In this document: positions 47,789 through 61,306 of the stretch, in pieces
Numbering within the stretch: the first letter of the stretch is position 1
How the letters are laid out: each line of letters starts with the position of its first letter
Assembly: GCF_009914755.1 (NCBI RefSeq)
Contig: NC_060935.1
DNA from: the human T2T-CHM13v2.0 reference genome, Homo sapiens
Length of the DNA stretch: 64,000 nt
Direction: 5' to 3' (one strand)
Notes under the pieces: generated by a model
Database searches by the model: none
Seen by the model: only the letters and a program-made list of their open reading frames with translations
Told to the model about the DNA's origin: nothing
Program-made: the position numbers and the translations under genes

Positions 47789-48671
47789 AAAAAACAGTGT
47801 GATTTCAACTTAAAAAGTCAGGCACAAAGTGGAATAATTATAGTGCTAGGGGAAGTATGGGACACTCTGGGAATACCTAAAAGGGGCACCAACCCCAAAC
47901 TGAAAGAATCAAGGGCAGGTTCCAAAGAAAGTGGAATCCAAGCTAACAAACACCCGCCATTGTGTATAGTGGTATCAAAATGGGAGCAATTATGCCTTTC
48001 AAGTGCACAAGCAACACAAAAATAGCCAGTCCCCCTACCTAGCATTTAAGCACTCAATCATCTCAAGAAGGAGGCTCAGAAGTGTCTGGGTTCAAGCTGT
48101 GTCCCAGCAAGGCAGCTCCTGAGCTCTGTAAACCATCCTCCCTGATGTAAAACTAGGCCACACTAGGACAAATGGCAGAGGAAGAATCTGGCTTCCCAAT
48201 GAGTGCAATGCCATCCAAATTCAGTCATGGAATGGGCAAAATGGAGAGACCCTCATCCTTCCTGCTGAAATGGAGTTTTTACAAACTGAAAAATTACAGG
48301 TTTGAGCTCTTCCCTAGAAACTATGTCTGTGGACAACTACTTCTCCTAGGTAAACAAAGTGTCAGTCACTTCTCTTGAGAGAGCAGCCTGTGAACAAAGG
48401 AAGACAAACATGCTCCTCTTTCCTGGAAGCCCACACCACACCCTATTCCTAAACTGCTGTCACTCAGATAATTCCCAAAAGGGGGAGATTAAATTCTACC
48501 TCTATAATTTTCAGTTGCCTTCCAAAGAAATTACAAATGAAACCTAGCTTTGTCATTGATGTTAATTTTTAAAAGACCAAAACAGGTGGGTTAATTTATT
48601 AAGTAAAAATAGACCACAATGTTTCAAGTATAGCATCCTCTTTGTATTTAATAGATACACTTAACCAAAAC

Positions 48672-48810
48672 CTTCACATACGTATCTTCACATATGTATC
48701 TTCACATACGTATCTTTTCACATACGTATCTTCACATACGTATCTTCACACGTATCTTTTCACATACGTATCTTCACATACGTATCTTTTCACATACGAA
48801 AATCTTTCAC
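48672..48810. repeat. Minisatellite, about 9 units of C(TT)TTCACATACGTAT (12-16 bp)
   Basis: Directly visible; source of the repetitive pseudo-ORFs 48642-48839 and 48694-49023. Confidence 0.92.
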
Positions 48811-50009
48811 CCTTTGTTAGTTCTTATTGTCTATCCTAGCTCAGGAAGAAAAAAAAATGTCATTTTCCTTCGAGGGTTTGTGTGTAGATCTTTGGCTCCA
48901 CTAGCTGGTAGTAATTTAAACATAAACGAAAGCAAAGTGGTGCTGGGGAGAAACGCAGCTGGGGATGGAGAGGTATCCAGAAGCATACTGCTGTGTGATG
49001 AGATCCCTCTTTCAAAAGACTGAGTCCGTGTGCTTAAGAAAAACTGCATGTTGAGTTACTGTTTAGGGACTTTGCAACTGGTGCTGTGATTGGCTTAAGC
49101 CCCCATCTGGAGTGTATATGTCTCTTGTCCCAATCCCTAGTGAGCTCCATGAAAAGCCCAACACTCTCCAATGTTGGGGAGAAGAGTCACTTCCCATCAA
49201 CTGAATGACCCCATGGGTCATTCTCCACAACCCTCACTTCCCCTAATGCCCTTTCCTAGTTGTTCCCGGTGGCATCTCAGGACGATTCATGTCTTCAGAG
49301 AGCCTCTACATCCTTTTGCCATCTAATAACAATAGCTTATTTGTCTCTTGCCATCACATCTAGAGGGTAGCTCCTGGCAGTCAAAGTCCATTCTGAGCCC
49401 TCCAGTGACAGCTAAAGTGATCCAAAGCTAAGCCTCTTAAGGATTTTGGGGGAGCCTTTAGAGCTGTATCTGGGAAGAAAGATTGTGGAACTCTTTTTTT
49501 AACTCCAAGATGTCTTCCTTGATCTTGAGACATGCCAAGGATGAGAGGAGTAGCAGGTGCAGGGACAGAAGCAAGGAGGAGATGAGGATGGACACAGCGC
49601 TAATCTCCTGAGAGCACCACTCCCTGGAAAGAATAGAATCACCATTCCCTCAGCTCAAAACGTTTCTTGTTCGAGGTCCTAAATTGTTTCTCAAGAATTG
49701 CCTCCACGGGCATCAGATAATTAATACAAATTGAGTACCAAAATGGTTTTATTTATTCATGCTCCCAGTGATTTTTCTGCATATTCAGGGATATTGCCAT
49801 AGAGGTTGGAGGGCACTACAGACTCACAATAGTGAATTTTCTCCTTGGAATTTGCAAAGGTTTAACATATATGCTTGCCTTGAGGACAAAAACAATGACT
49901 TTGATTTCACTTGCTCCCAACTGATACCACAGAATCCAGAATAGTGAAGGCACCCTTTGAAAATTTGATGAATACGTAAATGAATGAGCGTGTGAATGAT
50001 ACTTGCGGT

Positions 50010-50265
50010 AATTCAGAGTTAGACTACCCTGTGTCTTTATACAGAGAGGACATTTGAAGAGACATAGACAGAGTGAATGTCATGTGAATGTGAAGGTGGC
50101 CATCTACAAGTCAAGGAGGAAGGCCCTCACAGCCCTCAGAAGAAACCAATCCTGCCAACACCTTGATCTCAGACATCCAGGCTCCAGAATTGAGAGACAA
50201 ATTTCTGTTGTTTAAGCCATGCAGTCTGTGGCACTTTATTATGGCAGCCCTAGAAAACTAACAGA
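50010..50265 (+). mobile_element. MLT1A/B-like LTR fragment
   Basis: GGCCATCTACAAG-CAAGGAG..CTGCCAACACCTTGATCTCAGAC-TCCAG..TTTCTGTTGTTTAAGCCA..GCAGCCCTAGAAAACTAA. Confidence 0.8.
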
Positions 50266-50339
50266 TGTCCCCAGCTTCTCCTCTTCAGGCCGTGTCTACA
50301 GAATTCATTGACACACTGAAATTCTTAACCAAGAAGTAA

Positions 50340-50880
50340 TGTAGTGACTGAGGACAGGGCCAAAAGTCTCTCCATCTAGGCTCCAAGCTTGCTTCCACCA
50401 CTTGCTAGGTGTGTGACTTGGGTTGAGTTACTTACCCTCTCTGTGCCTCAGTTTTTGCATCCCTAAATGGAGACTCTACCAGAATAATATCTCAAAGTCT
50501 AGTTGTGGGGATTAAGTGAGACAATTCAGCACAACATCTGGCATACAGTAAGAGCTTAATCAATATTAGTTGTTGCTTGTGGTGGTAATGGCAGTTAATG
50601 GTGGTAGTAATTGCTATGTTGGCATTGTGAAATGCAGTCTATTAAAAGGAGAACAGGGTTTCAAGACAAACAGACCTGGGTTCAAACTCCAGTTCCATTT
50701 CTTACTAGCTTTGTGACTTTGGATAATTCACTTTACCTCTCTAAATCTCAGTAAATTGGAGATCATCTGTAAACGGAAGTAATCTGTCACAGAGTTAAAA
50801 TATAAATTAAGAGGGAAAATGAACTTGAAGCATTTTGTACCGTTCCTGGCTTAGAGTGATGCCTCAATAAATGTCCATTT
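50340..50880 (+). mobile_element. Two tandem MIR SINEs (about 50340-50570 and 50640-50880)
   Basis: Two MIR cores (GTGTGACTTGGG..CTCTCTGTGCCTCAGTTT; CCTGGGTTCAAACTCCAG..TACTAGCTTTGTGACTTTGG). Confidence 0.7.
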
Positions 50881-50984
50881 TTATAAGCAGATGATCTGAT
50901 TCCCCATCTCACTCCCACTTGGTTCAACCACAGTCTTTCTAAGAACCAAGCCTCAAAAGGAAACATCATTTTGCAGGACAAAAA

Positions 50985-51646
<662 letters not shown>

Positions 51647-54030
51647 TCAGCTTAGAAATAGCTGTTCTTTTTTATCAACTAACCCTAGTGTGGGCAATAC
51701 TATTAAAATGCATTAGTGTCCCCCTACTAGAAAGCAGGCTCAACCCAAGAGGGCAGTTCATTTCCAAGCACACATGTTCTCCAGCCAGAATGAGCCATGC
51801 ATCCCTCATAGGCGCTTTGAATGGCATTTCAAGGTCACTTCTCAGGATAGGAAATTGTCCCTCTGCAGTCACAGAGCTGATATTTTCTTTCTTTTACCTG
51901 CAAGGCCCCTTAAGTCTTCTGAGTGAAAACTCTTTGCCATCAAAGTTTGTGCTGCAGATAGGAGCTACTGACTGCTGCATGCCTGGGGCTCAGGAAAGCA
52001 TTCTCTGTTCCAAATGATTCATAAAACACCCCTATTTTTTAAACATATGCATAAAGAAGCTAAAGAGTTTTCACACACACACAAAAAATACATTTTCCAT
52101 CTTTGAAATCATTCAAAAAACTTGAAAATCTTCTCAGGTATTTTATCGACGATTTTCAACATTTGTCATTACTCTCCACATAAATGCAAATAGAAGCATT
52201 CAAACAAATCTGAGGAAAATGTACAAGGAAGGACACTTAACAATTATTTCCATAGTACTTGCCATCCTTATATCCTGAAATCATTTTTCAAACCGTAACT
52301 AAGCATTCCTAAACATTATCCTTTAAGACTATCATTATAAATGCTCTCTCCAAAATTTAGGAAGGGCGCTTCTCTCTTTCCCTGATAGAAGAGGAAGCCG
52401 AAGTGTAATGTTTGCTTTATAGTTTCCTTGATGCTCTATAAGCAGTGTCCTCACTGCCATTCAGTTCCTCTCCCCACCAAGTTCCTAAACACTTGACTGT
52501 CACCCATGAGACTTTCCTTAATTTTTATGCATTCAGCTTGCAGGAGTACTTGGAGAGAGAGACACTCCAGCAGCAAAATATCTCCCTCAGGAACTTACAC
52601 CTGAAGAGAGAACATGGGAAACAAAAAGTTATTTCTAATGTCAAAATGATGGCCCCTAGGCATGAGGCTAGGGAACAAGTTATAGCAGGAAATAGGCCAT
52701 GTAAACACAAATACCACCCAGAGCAAGCCAGCAAGCTCCATGGGGCTCTGCAAGGTTGCATCCCAGGTGCCTGGCACAAGGTGGGCCCAGAGGTCTATAA
52801 ATATTTTGTAAATACCTGATACATAGTGAATATCTTTGGTGTAAGGTTGAGTATTTTAATCTGTTTTGTATCCCACACATACTTACCATGACATCATCTA
52901 AACAGTTGTTCACATGCTGGTCACCAGTCCTATTAAGTACTTACATTCAGTGCTCTAAGTCAGACACTAGAATATGCCTGACCTCATTTAATAATCACAA
53001 CAAAGTTACGAGGCAAAGTATTATACCCAATTTTCAAAAAGAAACAGGAACTTGGGGAGATTAAATCAGTTCTCCTGAGTCACACAGAAGTGAATAGCAA
53101 AAAGTAAATTCAAACCCAGGTGCGTCTCAGTCCAATCTCCATAATATTTTCTCTACCATGCGATTTTCTCATGGGTGTTAGTAGCGTGTGCTTGCGCACA
53201 CACACACAGCTAGCTGCACAGTCAAATTGGCAGGATTTTTTTTTTTACTGTAGGTCTTCTCAGAGCCTTTTCTATGCTAATGTAAATTGTAAATCTTCAA
53301 GAAGACACAGAGAGTAAGTGGCATTCTGCAAACTAATTTTAGAGAATCCTTTGTTCGTGGAGCATCTCATGGAACTGTTGACCCATAGAACAGATTTTAA
53401 TAAATAGTTTGCTAATAAATATCCTGTGAATCAGAAATGCATGGTCTTACGTCTCAGAGAAGAGGACCGGTTATCTGGAAGAGGGCATACCATGTGGGAC
53501 ATCTTGCTTTCCACCACGTTAATAAGCCCCCAAATCCCTTAACCCTTCATAGAAATTGAATAGCAGGAATTTCATTCTGTGAAAATTACCTAGTGAAATT
53601 CAAAAGTTATCATAAAATAAATGAACTGCCAGCTTCCCTGGGCCATTAATATGCTCAATGACAGCTAAATCTTGAAACTTCAGGAATCCACTGAAGTGTA
53701 AAGATAGAAGAGAATGCTATGTCACCCAGTGGAATATTTTCTAATTATTCTCCCTTCTCCTATTTCAAATATATCCCTTTTGCGATCTCTTGAGGTTCCA
53801 TATACTTTCTTTCTCTCTTGGTCAAGAATTTTATATTTAATCAGATCTCCAAGATGGCAGAATAGGAGGATGGCCTTCATATTTAATAAAAGTTGGAGAC
53901 TGGAGTTAGGCTAAGCGCAGAGACTTCTAAAATCAACATTCCAGATTTCTAATCCTAGAAGTTACCTTGATTACTTTACCTCTTTGTCAACTCATCTCAT
54001 AGCCCTTTCAGTCTTATTTTTGTTTCTGTC

Positions 54031-54343
54031 CTTTTTTTTTTCTTTTTTTTTTTTTCTTTTTTGAGATGGAGTCTTGCTCTGTCACCCAGGCTGGAGTGCA
54101 GTGGCACAATCTTGGCTCACTGCAACCTCTGACTCCTGGACTCAAGCAAATCTCCTGCTCAGCCTCCTAAGTAGCTGGGATTACAGGTGTGCGCCACCAC
54201 ACCCAGCTAATTTTTGTATTTTTAGTAGAGACGGGGTTTTGCTATGTTGGCCAGGCTGGTCTCGAACTCACAACCTCAGGTGATCCGTCTGCCTAGGCCT
54301 CGCAAAGTGCTGGGATTACAGGCATAAGCCACCATGCCCAGCC
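54031..54343 (-). mobile_element. AluS, antisense
   Basis: T-tail, then GAGATGGAGTCTTGCTCTGTCACCCAGGCTGG..CCTCAGGTGATCCG..ATGCCCAGCC. Confidence 0.9.
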
Positions 54344-54872
54344 ATTTATTTTCTTAAATGTGACCCAAGACAGTCCTCAAACAAAATTTTTATGTCATGA
54401 TGGATGCCCCTGCCCCTTTCCTTCCCTGCCCAACAAGACCAGATTTTCTACTGCAGAGGCTATGCCTAAGAATTTACCAGGTCTGCTGCACCTATTAATC
54501 CATTCATTCTTCATTCACTCAGTAGTGTCTGGCACATAAAAGAGCACTGAGGTTGCAAAATGAACGACATTTTGCCTATGTTGAAGAAGTTTACAACTTA
54601 TCTGGATACTACATTCAAAGAGAGAGACTACTCTGGAAGTAAAACAGAGAGATACTTATATCAGCCTAAGGGGACACAGAAGTCTTCCTGGAATAAAGAT
54701 ATAAAGATACGGAGTTCTTGGGGTATACTTGCTCATTCATTCTACAATATTATTGAGTGCTGGAGACTATTCTAAACATTACAGCAGACTGTGTCTCTCT
54801 TTATTCATGAGGTTTACATTCTAGCAGAAGAACAGAGATTTTTTTAAAAGTAAATTTAAGAAAGAAAATGTC

Positions 54873-55390
54873 GGCCGGGCGCAGTGGCTCATGCCTGTAA
54901 TCCCAGCACTTTGGGAGGCCGAAGCGGGCGGATCACGAGGTCAGGAGATCCAGACCATCCTGGCTAACAAGGTGAAACCCCGTCTCTACTAAAAATACAA
55001 AAAATTAGCCGGGCGTGGTGGCAGGCGCCTGTAGTCCCAGCTACTCGGGAGGCTGAGGCAGGAGAATGGCAATGATGAGTTCATGTCCTTTGTAGGGACA
55101 TGGATGAAGTTGGAAACCATCATTCTCAGCAAACTATCGCAAGGACAAAAAACCAAACATTGCATGTTCTCACTAATAGGTGGGAACTGAACAATGAGAA
55201 CACATGGACACAGGAAGGGGAACATCACACTCTGGGGACTGTTGTGGGGTGGGGGGAGGGGGGAGGGATAGCATTGAGAGATACACCTAATGCTAGATGA
55301 CGAGTTAGTGGGTGCAGCGCACCAGCATGGCACATGTATACATATGTAACTAACCTGCACGTTGTGCACATGTACCCTAAAACTTAAAGC

Positions 55391-55421
<31 letters not shown>

Positions 55422-55522
55422 GAACCCGGGAGGCGGAGCTTGCAGTGAGCCGAGATGGCACCACTACACTCCAGCCTGGGCGACAGAGCAAGATTCCGTC
55501 CCAAAAAAAAAGAAAAAAAAAA
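54873..55522 (+). mobile_element. AluY-family element split by an L1 fragment (Alu 54873-55070 and 55422-55522)
   Basis: GGCCGGGCGCAGTGGCTC..GATCACGAGGTCAGGAGATC..GGAGAATGGC | L1 | GAACCCGGGAGGCGGAGCTTGCAGTG..A tail; near-TSD AAAATGTC/AAAATGCC. Confidence 0.92.
55071..55421 (+). mobile_element. Short L1PA3-like 3' end (about 350 bp) inside the AluY
   Basis: AATGATGAGTTCATGTCC..GCTAGATGACGAGTTAGTGGGTGCAGCGCACC..(TAA)n AAAAA. Confidence 0.92.
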
Positions 55523-58500
55523 TGCCAAGTAATAATAAATGCTTTGCTGAAAAGAAAGAGAGTGATACGACAGAAAGTAGCTGGTGATATATTTTAGGTT
55601 GGATGATAGAGAAAATCCTCTCTGAGGGGGTGACATTCAGCTGTGACTTGAAAGACCAAGAAGAGGCAAGCCAGCCAAGATCCAGGACAGTGGTTTCCAA
55701 GCAGAGGGAACAGCTAGCGCAATCCCTCAAGGAGGGAAAATGACTGGGCTGTTCTTGAAACAGAAAGAAGGTCCATGAAGCAGACACTTAAGGAAAAAAA
55801 AAGGGGCAGGAGGTGGGGTGGGGACACATCATACAAAGCCTTGCAAGGATGCCAAGGGAAGGGGATTCAATTTTGTTTTAAATGTCACGCAGGCTTCTCA
55901 GATGGTTACCGGGAGCAACAGTATTTGCTATTCAGGGAATAGATTGCAGGAAGGTAGGAGCTCGCCCTTCCATCCATTGGCTTACATTGGTATTTCAGTT
56001 TTTTTAGTTCTCAGCCCCATGCCACACTTCTGATGGCAGAGGAAGGCCTTTCTCTCTGATTCCTTGTGTTCCCTTTGCATCTAACCCAACCTTGAGTTGG
56101 TGACTTCCTTGAATTCTAACAGATACTTTTTTCTCACACATAGCCCATGGCAAATAGTTTTTTAAAGTTTCCTTTATGGTCCCTTGAACAATTTTTCTCA
56201 AAATCTTCATTTTGCCATTTCTCTAGAAGATCTCTCCCTTCCCTCTTGTGCACCTAGAGTCCCTAGCCCTCCCAGAAAGCGCCAAACTCACAATTGCATT
56301 TTCAACTCTGTATTCTCAGCATAAATCCCAAAGCATCTGAAACAGAACTACATTTAATGATCCTCAGCTAGATTTGGGATTACTTTCTCTTCACATGTGA
56401 TCTGGAAGAGAAAGGGTCACATTGCTGATCTTGCCTCTTGCTTTCCTCCTCCGCCAACCAAAATTAAGAATTACACTTATTGTCCCATTTGTTGCCCTTT
56501 CATTGATATCCCTTCTGTGATTAAATTCAGCCTCAGTGATATTAAAATTATGTTATTCAAAGTTTCTTATTCATTCAATCATTCAAAGCAAAAAAGGAAA
56601 TTATCAAAGAGCCATTGACCCTCAAGTAAGACATAGACTCTGCTCTCAGGAGCTGTGAAGGATAGTGAGGACCACAAAGACAGCATGATGGCCCACAGAC
56701 AGCAAAAGGGCCCATGGGAAAGGTGTTCCCAATAAAAGAAATATTCTTCACTCAAAAGAATTTTGAAAATGCCCCTCGTAAGTCTTAGTGACACACAGAT
56801 ACGCTTTCAAAACAAGACCTATAAATTTATCTATAAATGCCTTTTTTCTTTAATTATAACACTTTTTTCTTATTAAAACGACTATACATGTTATTTATAA
56901 AAGAATTAGAAAATACTGCCAATCAGTAAGAAGGAAATAAAAATACCCCAGTTTCCAATACCCCAAAATAACCACTGGTAACACCTTACATTATAACTTG
57001 ATAGATCATTGATAGATAGAAAATGTATAGATGATAGATAGATGATTGATTGATAAACAGATGATAGACACACCTATGTGAGGTTAATTTGTCAATGAAA
57101 ATGGGCTTATGATCCACATGTTATCTTGTTACCTAAATTTTTCACTTTATATATAGCAGACATCTTTTCATGTCAATAAATGTTTACTCACAAAATATTT
57201 TAATATTCGATTTGCTGTTGCTGGAATTTTTTTCAGAACCTTCCTTCTTTGTGCACCACATCTGCTGCTCTGTGCTTATTCTCTCCACTTCCCACCCCGC
57301 CCCTAACTCTGCGACATTAAATGAACACTTTGCATAAGAGACATTCCTCTGGTATGTTCTCAACTACCCGGGTACAGTGAAGAGTCCCAGAAACACTTGG
57401 CTCCTTCTTCAGCTTCACCTCTATCTAATTGTGCATCACTGGGCAAGTTTCATTCTTTCTCTGGGTCTTAGGTTCCATTATAAAGTTAAATATAAATGCT
57501 GCTCAGATTATTTACCCACTACTCCTTCCTAATACTGTAGATAAACTACTATATGACTTTATCATTCAATGATAAAGGACACAGTTTTCCTGTTCTATCT
57601 GGCCCAGTGAGCATGAGTACTTACTAATTAACAGACACAAATTGCTAGAAAATTCCAGACTAAAACAGTAAAAGTTGAATTGCTCCTCAAATGATTCCAT
57701 CTTCAGATGCAGGGGCAGAAGGTAAAGAGGGGAAACAGGAAAAAAAAATCCAGAGCCTGTACTATTACTGCTTATGATCAATAGCCAGCCCTACCTTATA
57801 ATTGAAGAACTGTGTATAATATGGACATGTATGGCCACAAGACTAAACAAAATAGCAAAACCATCACTGAAACCCCTGAAGACTCATGGGTTTCACATCT
57901 GGACAAATGACCACATTAAGATTTTACCCAAAGCAGAATAGAAGATGATGTCTCTGATTGTTAAAGTGAAACATTTTTAAATTGGCCTTGACCAGCTGCT
58001 GGATATTATCATCTGAAACAAGAAGTGTTTAGGGAAGGAACAGGACAGAACTTCCTCACAACAAAGAGATTATTTCAGGATTGTTGTGTAATAGCAAAAC
58101 AGGGAAGAAGGGAGGAAACTCAAAACAAAAGAAAATAAGAGACCAGATAAATAAACCACTACCTTCACACAATCGGCTACTAAGAAAACTTCAAAATAAT
58201 GATTTTGCTGTATATTTACAAATCGTATGCATTTTTCAGAATCTATGGCTGAGGTGGAAATGACAAAAATAAATCAGTATATGTAGCATGATTGAATGTT
58301 TTAAAAAGAAAATGTATATATTTACATCTATGTCACAAGATTAATGTCCAGATTGTGTGATATGAAGCACTTTTTATTATATATATTTCAAATTTTTATT
58401 TATGTGTCAAATAAATCATGCACATTTTTAATTTTTAAAGTGCAGCTATATCCTGTCACATCATCTTCTTCTAGCAGTGTTTTCCCAGGGACAAGACTTT

Positions 58501-58548
58501 TTTTCTTTTCTGTTCACCTGGGGCAGGTATAAATTGTTTGACTTCTAG

Positions 58549-58947
<399 letters not shown>

Positions 58948-59051
58948 TGAGTTAGAAGAAGCCTTGGATTTTATGTATTCCAACCTTTAACTCTGTATCA
59001 GTCAAGATGTACATCAGTTAAGAAGCAAAAATCTCAAGTCAACTGTAAAGC

Positions 59052-59250
59052 AGGGGTCAGCAAACTACCACCCAAGAACCAAATACTGCCCATGGCCTGT
59101 TTTTCCAAATAAAGTTTTATTGAAACACAACCATTCTCATTTGTCTGTGTATTTTCTTTAGCTGCTTTCATGCTACAATGACAGAGTTGGCTTACATATC
59201 CTAAAGTATTTACTATATGGCCCTTTACAGAGAAAGTTTGCCAACCTCTA
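59052..59250. mobile_element. MER58-family MITE, within old MLT1-like sequence
   Basis: CAGGGGTCAGCAAACTA..AAATAAAGTTTTATTGAAACAC..GGCCCTTTACAGAGAAAGTTTGCCAACCTC. Confidence 0.8.
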
Positions 59251-60402
59251 ATCTAAATTAAAAAAAAAAAAAAGAAAAATTACTTCTCAAAGTCGGAAGC
59301 CCAAAGATGGGCAACCTCTAGAACTGTTTGATGTAGCAGCTCAATGATGTCATCAAGGACTGGTTCTTTCTAAATACCCACTATGCCGTCAGTTTCATCC
59401 CCAAGCTAATGGCCCTCCTAGTTGCAAAATGGCTACCATGGTTCCTAATATCATACTCTGACCTATACAATGTTCAACAGAAAATACCATTCCTTCTCTT
59501 CTGCATTTTCTTAAAAGACTGGAGAAGCCTTTCCCTCTGAGGAAAAGCATCTTTCACTCACACTTCACTGGTCACAACTTTATCAGCTACCAACACATAC
59601 ATGCTCATCCCTACACCAATATTTCTCAACAGAATGGGAATTCTTATTACTTAGACTAATCTAGTTTACAAGTAAGCTAGAGCTACAGACATGTTAACTG
59701 ATAGACGATGTATTTAAGAGACTGGAACTGGGTTTAGTTTAATAACATAACACCCAAATAATAGTGACTTACACAAAAAGTGAGGCCCATTATTCTTTAA
59801 TGTCATCAGAAGTCCAGAAGAAATTCAGGACTAGTGCAAAAGCTTAAATATACAATGGCCAAGAGTGATGTCTGCAATTCTCTTGGCCTTTCCCTGATTA
59901 TCTATCACAAGATATCTGGAGCAGATCTAGCCATCATGTCCACAATTCATGCAAGAAGGAAAAGGGAGGAAAAAAATGAGCAAGTTAAATGACTCTACTC
60001 CTGTTATTTTAAGAGTTTCTCTGGAGTCCCACATTGTAATTTACTCTTTTATCTCATTTGCTAGCATTATGTCATGTGATCACTCCCATCTACAAGAGAA
60101 GCTGAGAAGTACAGCTGGCCACTTTTACTTCCCACAATCAAATTATACTTGTGTGAGTAAATAAAAATTAATAATTGGGTGGGAGTAGTTGCAAAGAAGT
60201 TTCTCCCAGAGGTGGTCCTTGAACAAAATAGGGGCTTGGGACAAAAAAAAGGGATAATGAGGATTAGGTAAATAATTCACAATATTTACTACATATCTAT
60301 TGAGGAAAAACCTCTATGGTATCTCTGATAAATAATATTATTTTACCACCTATCCATCTCACATCGTCCAATCTAGACAACAAAAGAAACTGTAAACAAA
60401 GC

Positions 60403-61306
60403 AAGGGCTAATATCCAGAATCTACAATGAAATCAAACAAATTTATAAGAAAAAAACAAACAACCCCATCAAAACGTGGGCGAAGGATATGAACAGATAC
60501 TTCTCAAAGAAGACTTTTATGCAGCCAAAAGACACATGAAAAAATGCTCATCATCACTGGCCATCAGAGAAATGCAAATCAAAACCACAGTGAGATACCA
60601 TCTCACACCAGTTAGAATGGCAATCATTAAAAAGTCAGGAAACAACAGGTGCTGGAGAGGATGTGGAGAAACGGGAACACTTTTACACTGTTGGTGGGAC
60701 TGTAAACTAGTTCAACCATTGTGGAAGTCAGTGTGGCTATTCCTCAGGGATCTAGAACTAGAAATACCATTTGACCCAGCACTCCCATTACTGGGTATAT
60801 ACCCAAAGGATTATAAAACATGCTGCTATGAAGACACATGCACACGTATGTTTATTGCGGCACTATTCACAATAGCAAAGACTTGGAACCAACCCAAATG
60901 TCCAACAATGATAGACTGGATTAAGAAAATGTGGCACATATACACCATGGAATACTATGCAGCCATAAAAAATGATGAGTTCATGTCCATTGTAGGGACA
61001 TGGATGAAGCTGGAAACCATCATTCTCAGCAAACTATTGCAAGGACAAAAAACCAAACACCACATGTTCTCACTCATAGGTGGGAATTGAACAATGAGAA
61101 CACATGGACACAGGAAGGGGAACATCACACACTCTGGGGCCTTTTGTGGGGTGGGGGGAAGGGGGAGGGATAGCATTAGGAGATAAACCTAATGTTAAAT
61201 GACGAGTTAATGAGTGCAGCACACCAACATGGCACATGTATACATATGTAACTAACCTGCACGTTTTGCACATGTACCCTAAAACTTAAAGTAAAATAAA
61301 AAAAAA
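60403..61306 (+). mobile_element. 5'-truncated L1 (L1PA4/5-like)
   Basis: ORF 60476-61090 is the ORF2 C-terminus; 3'UTR GTTAAATGACGAGTTAATG..CACCAACATGG; A tail. Confidence 0.9.

Noticed and set aside
54989-55636. 215-aa minus-strand ORF
   Set aside because: Antisense Alu + L1 3'UTR + (TTA)n; typical repeat-derived pseudo-ORF.
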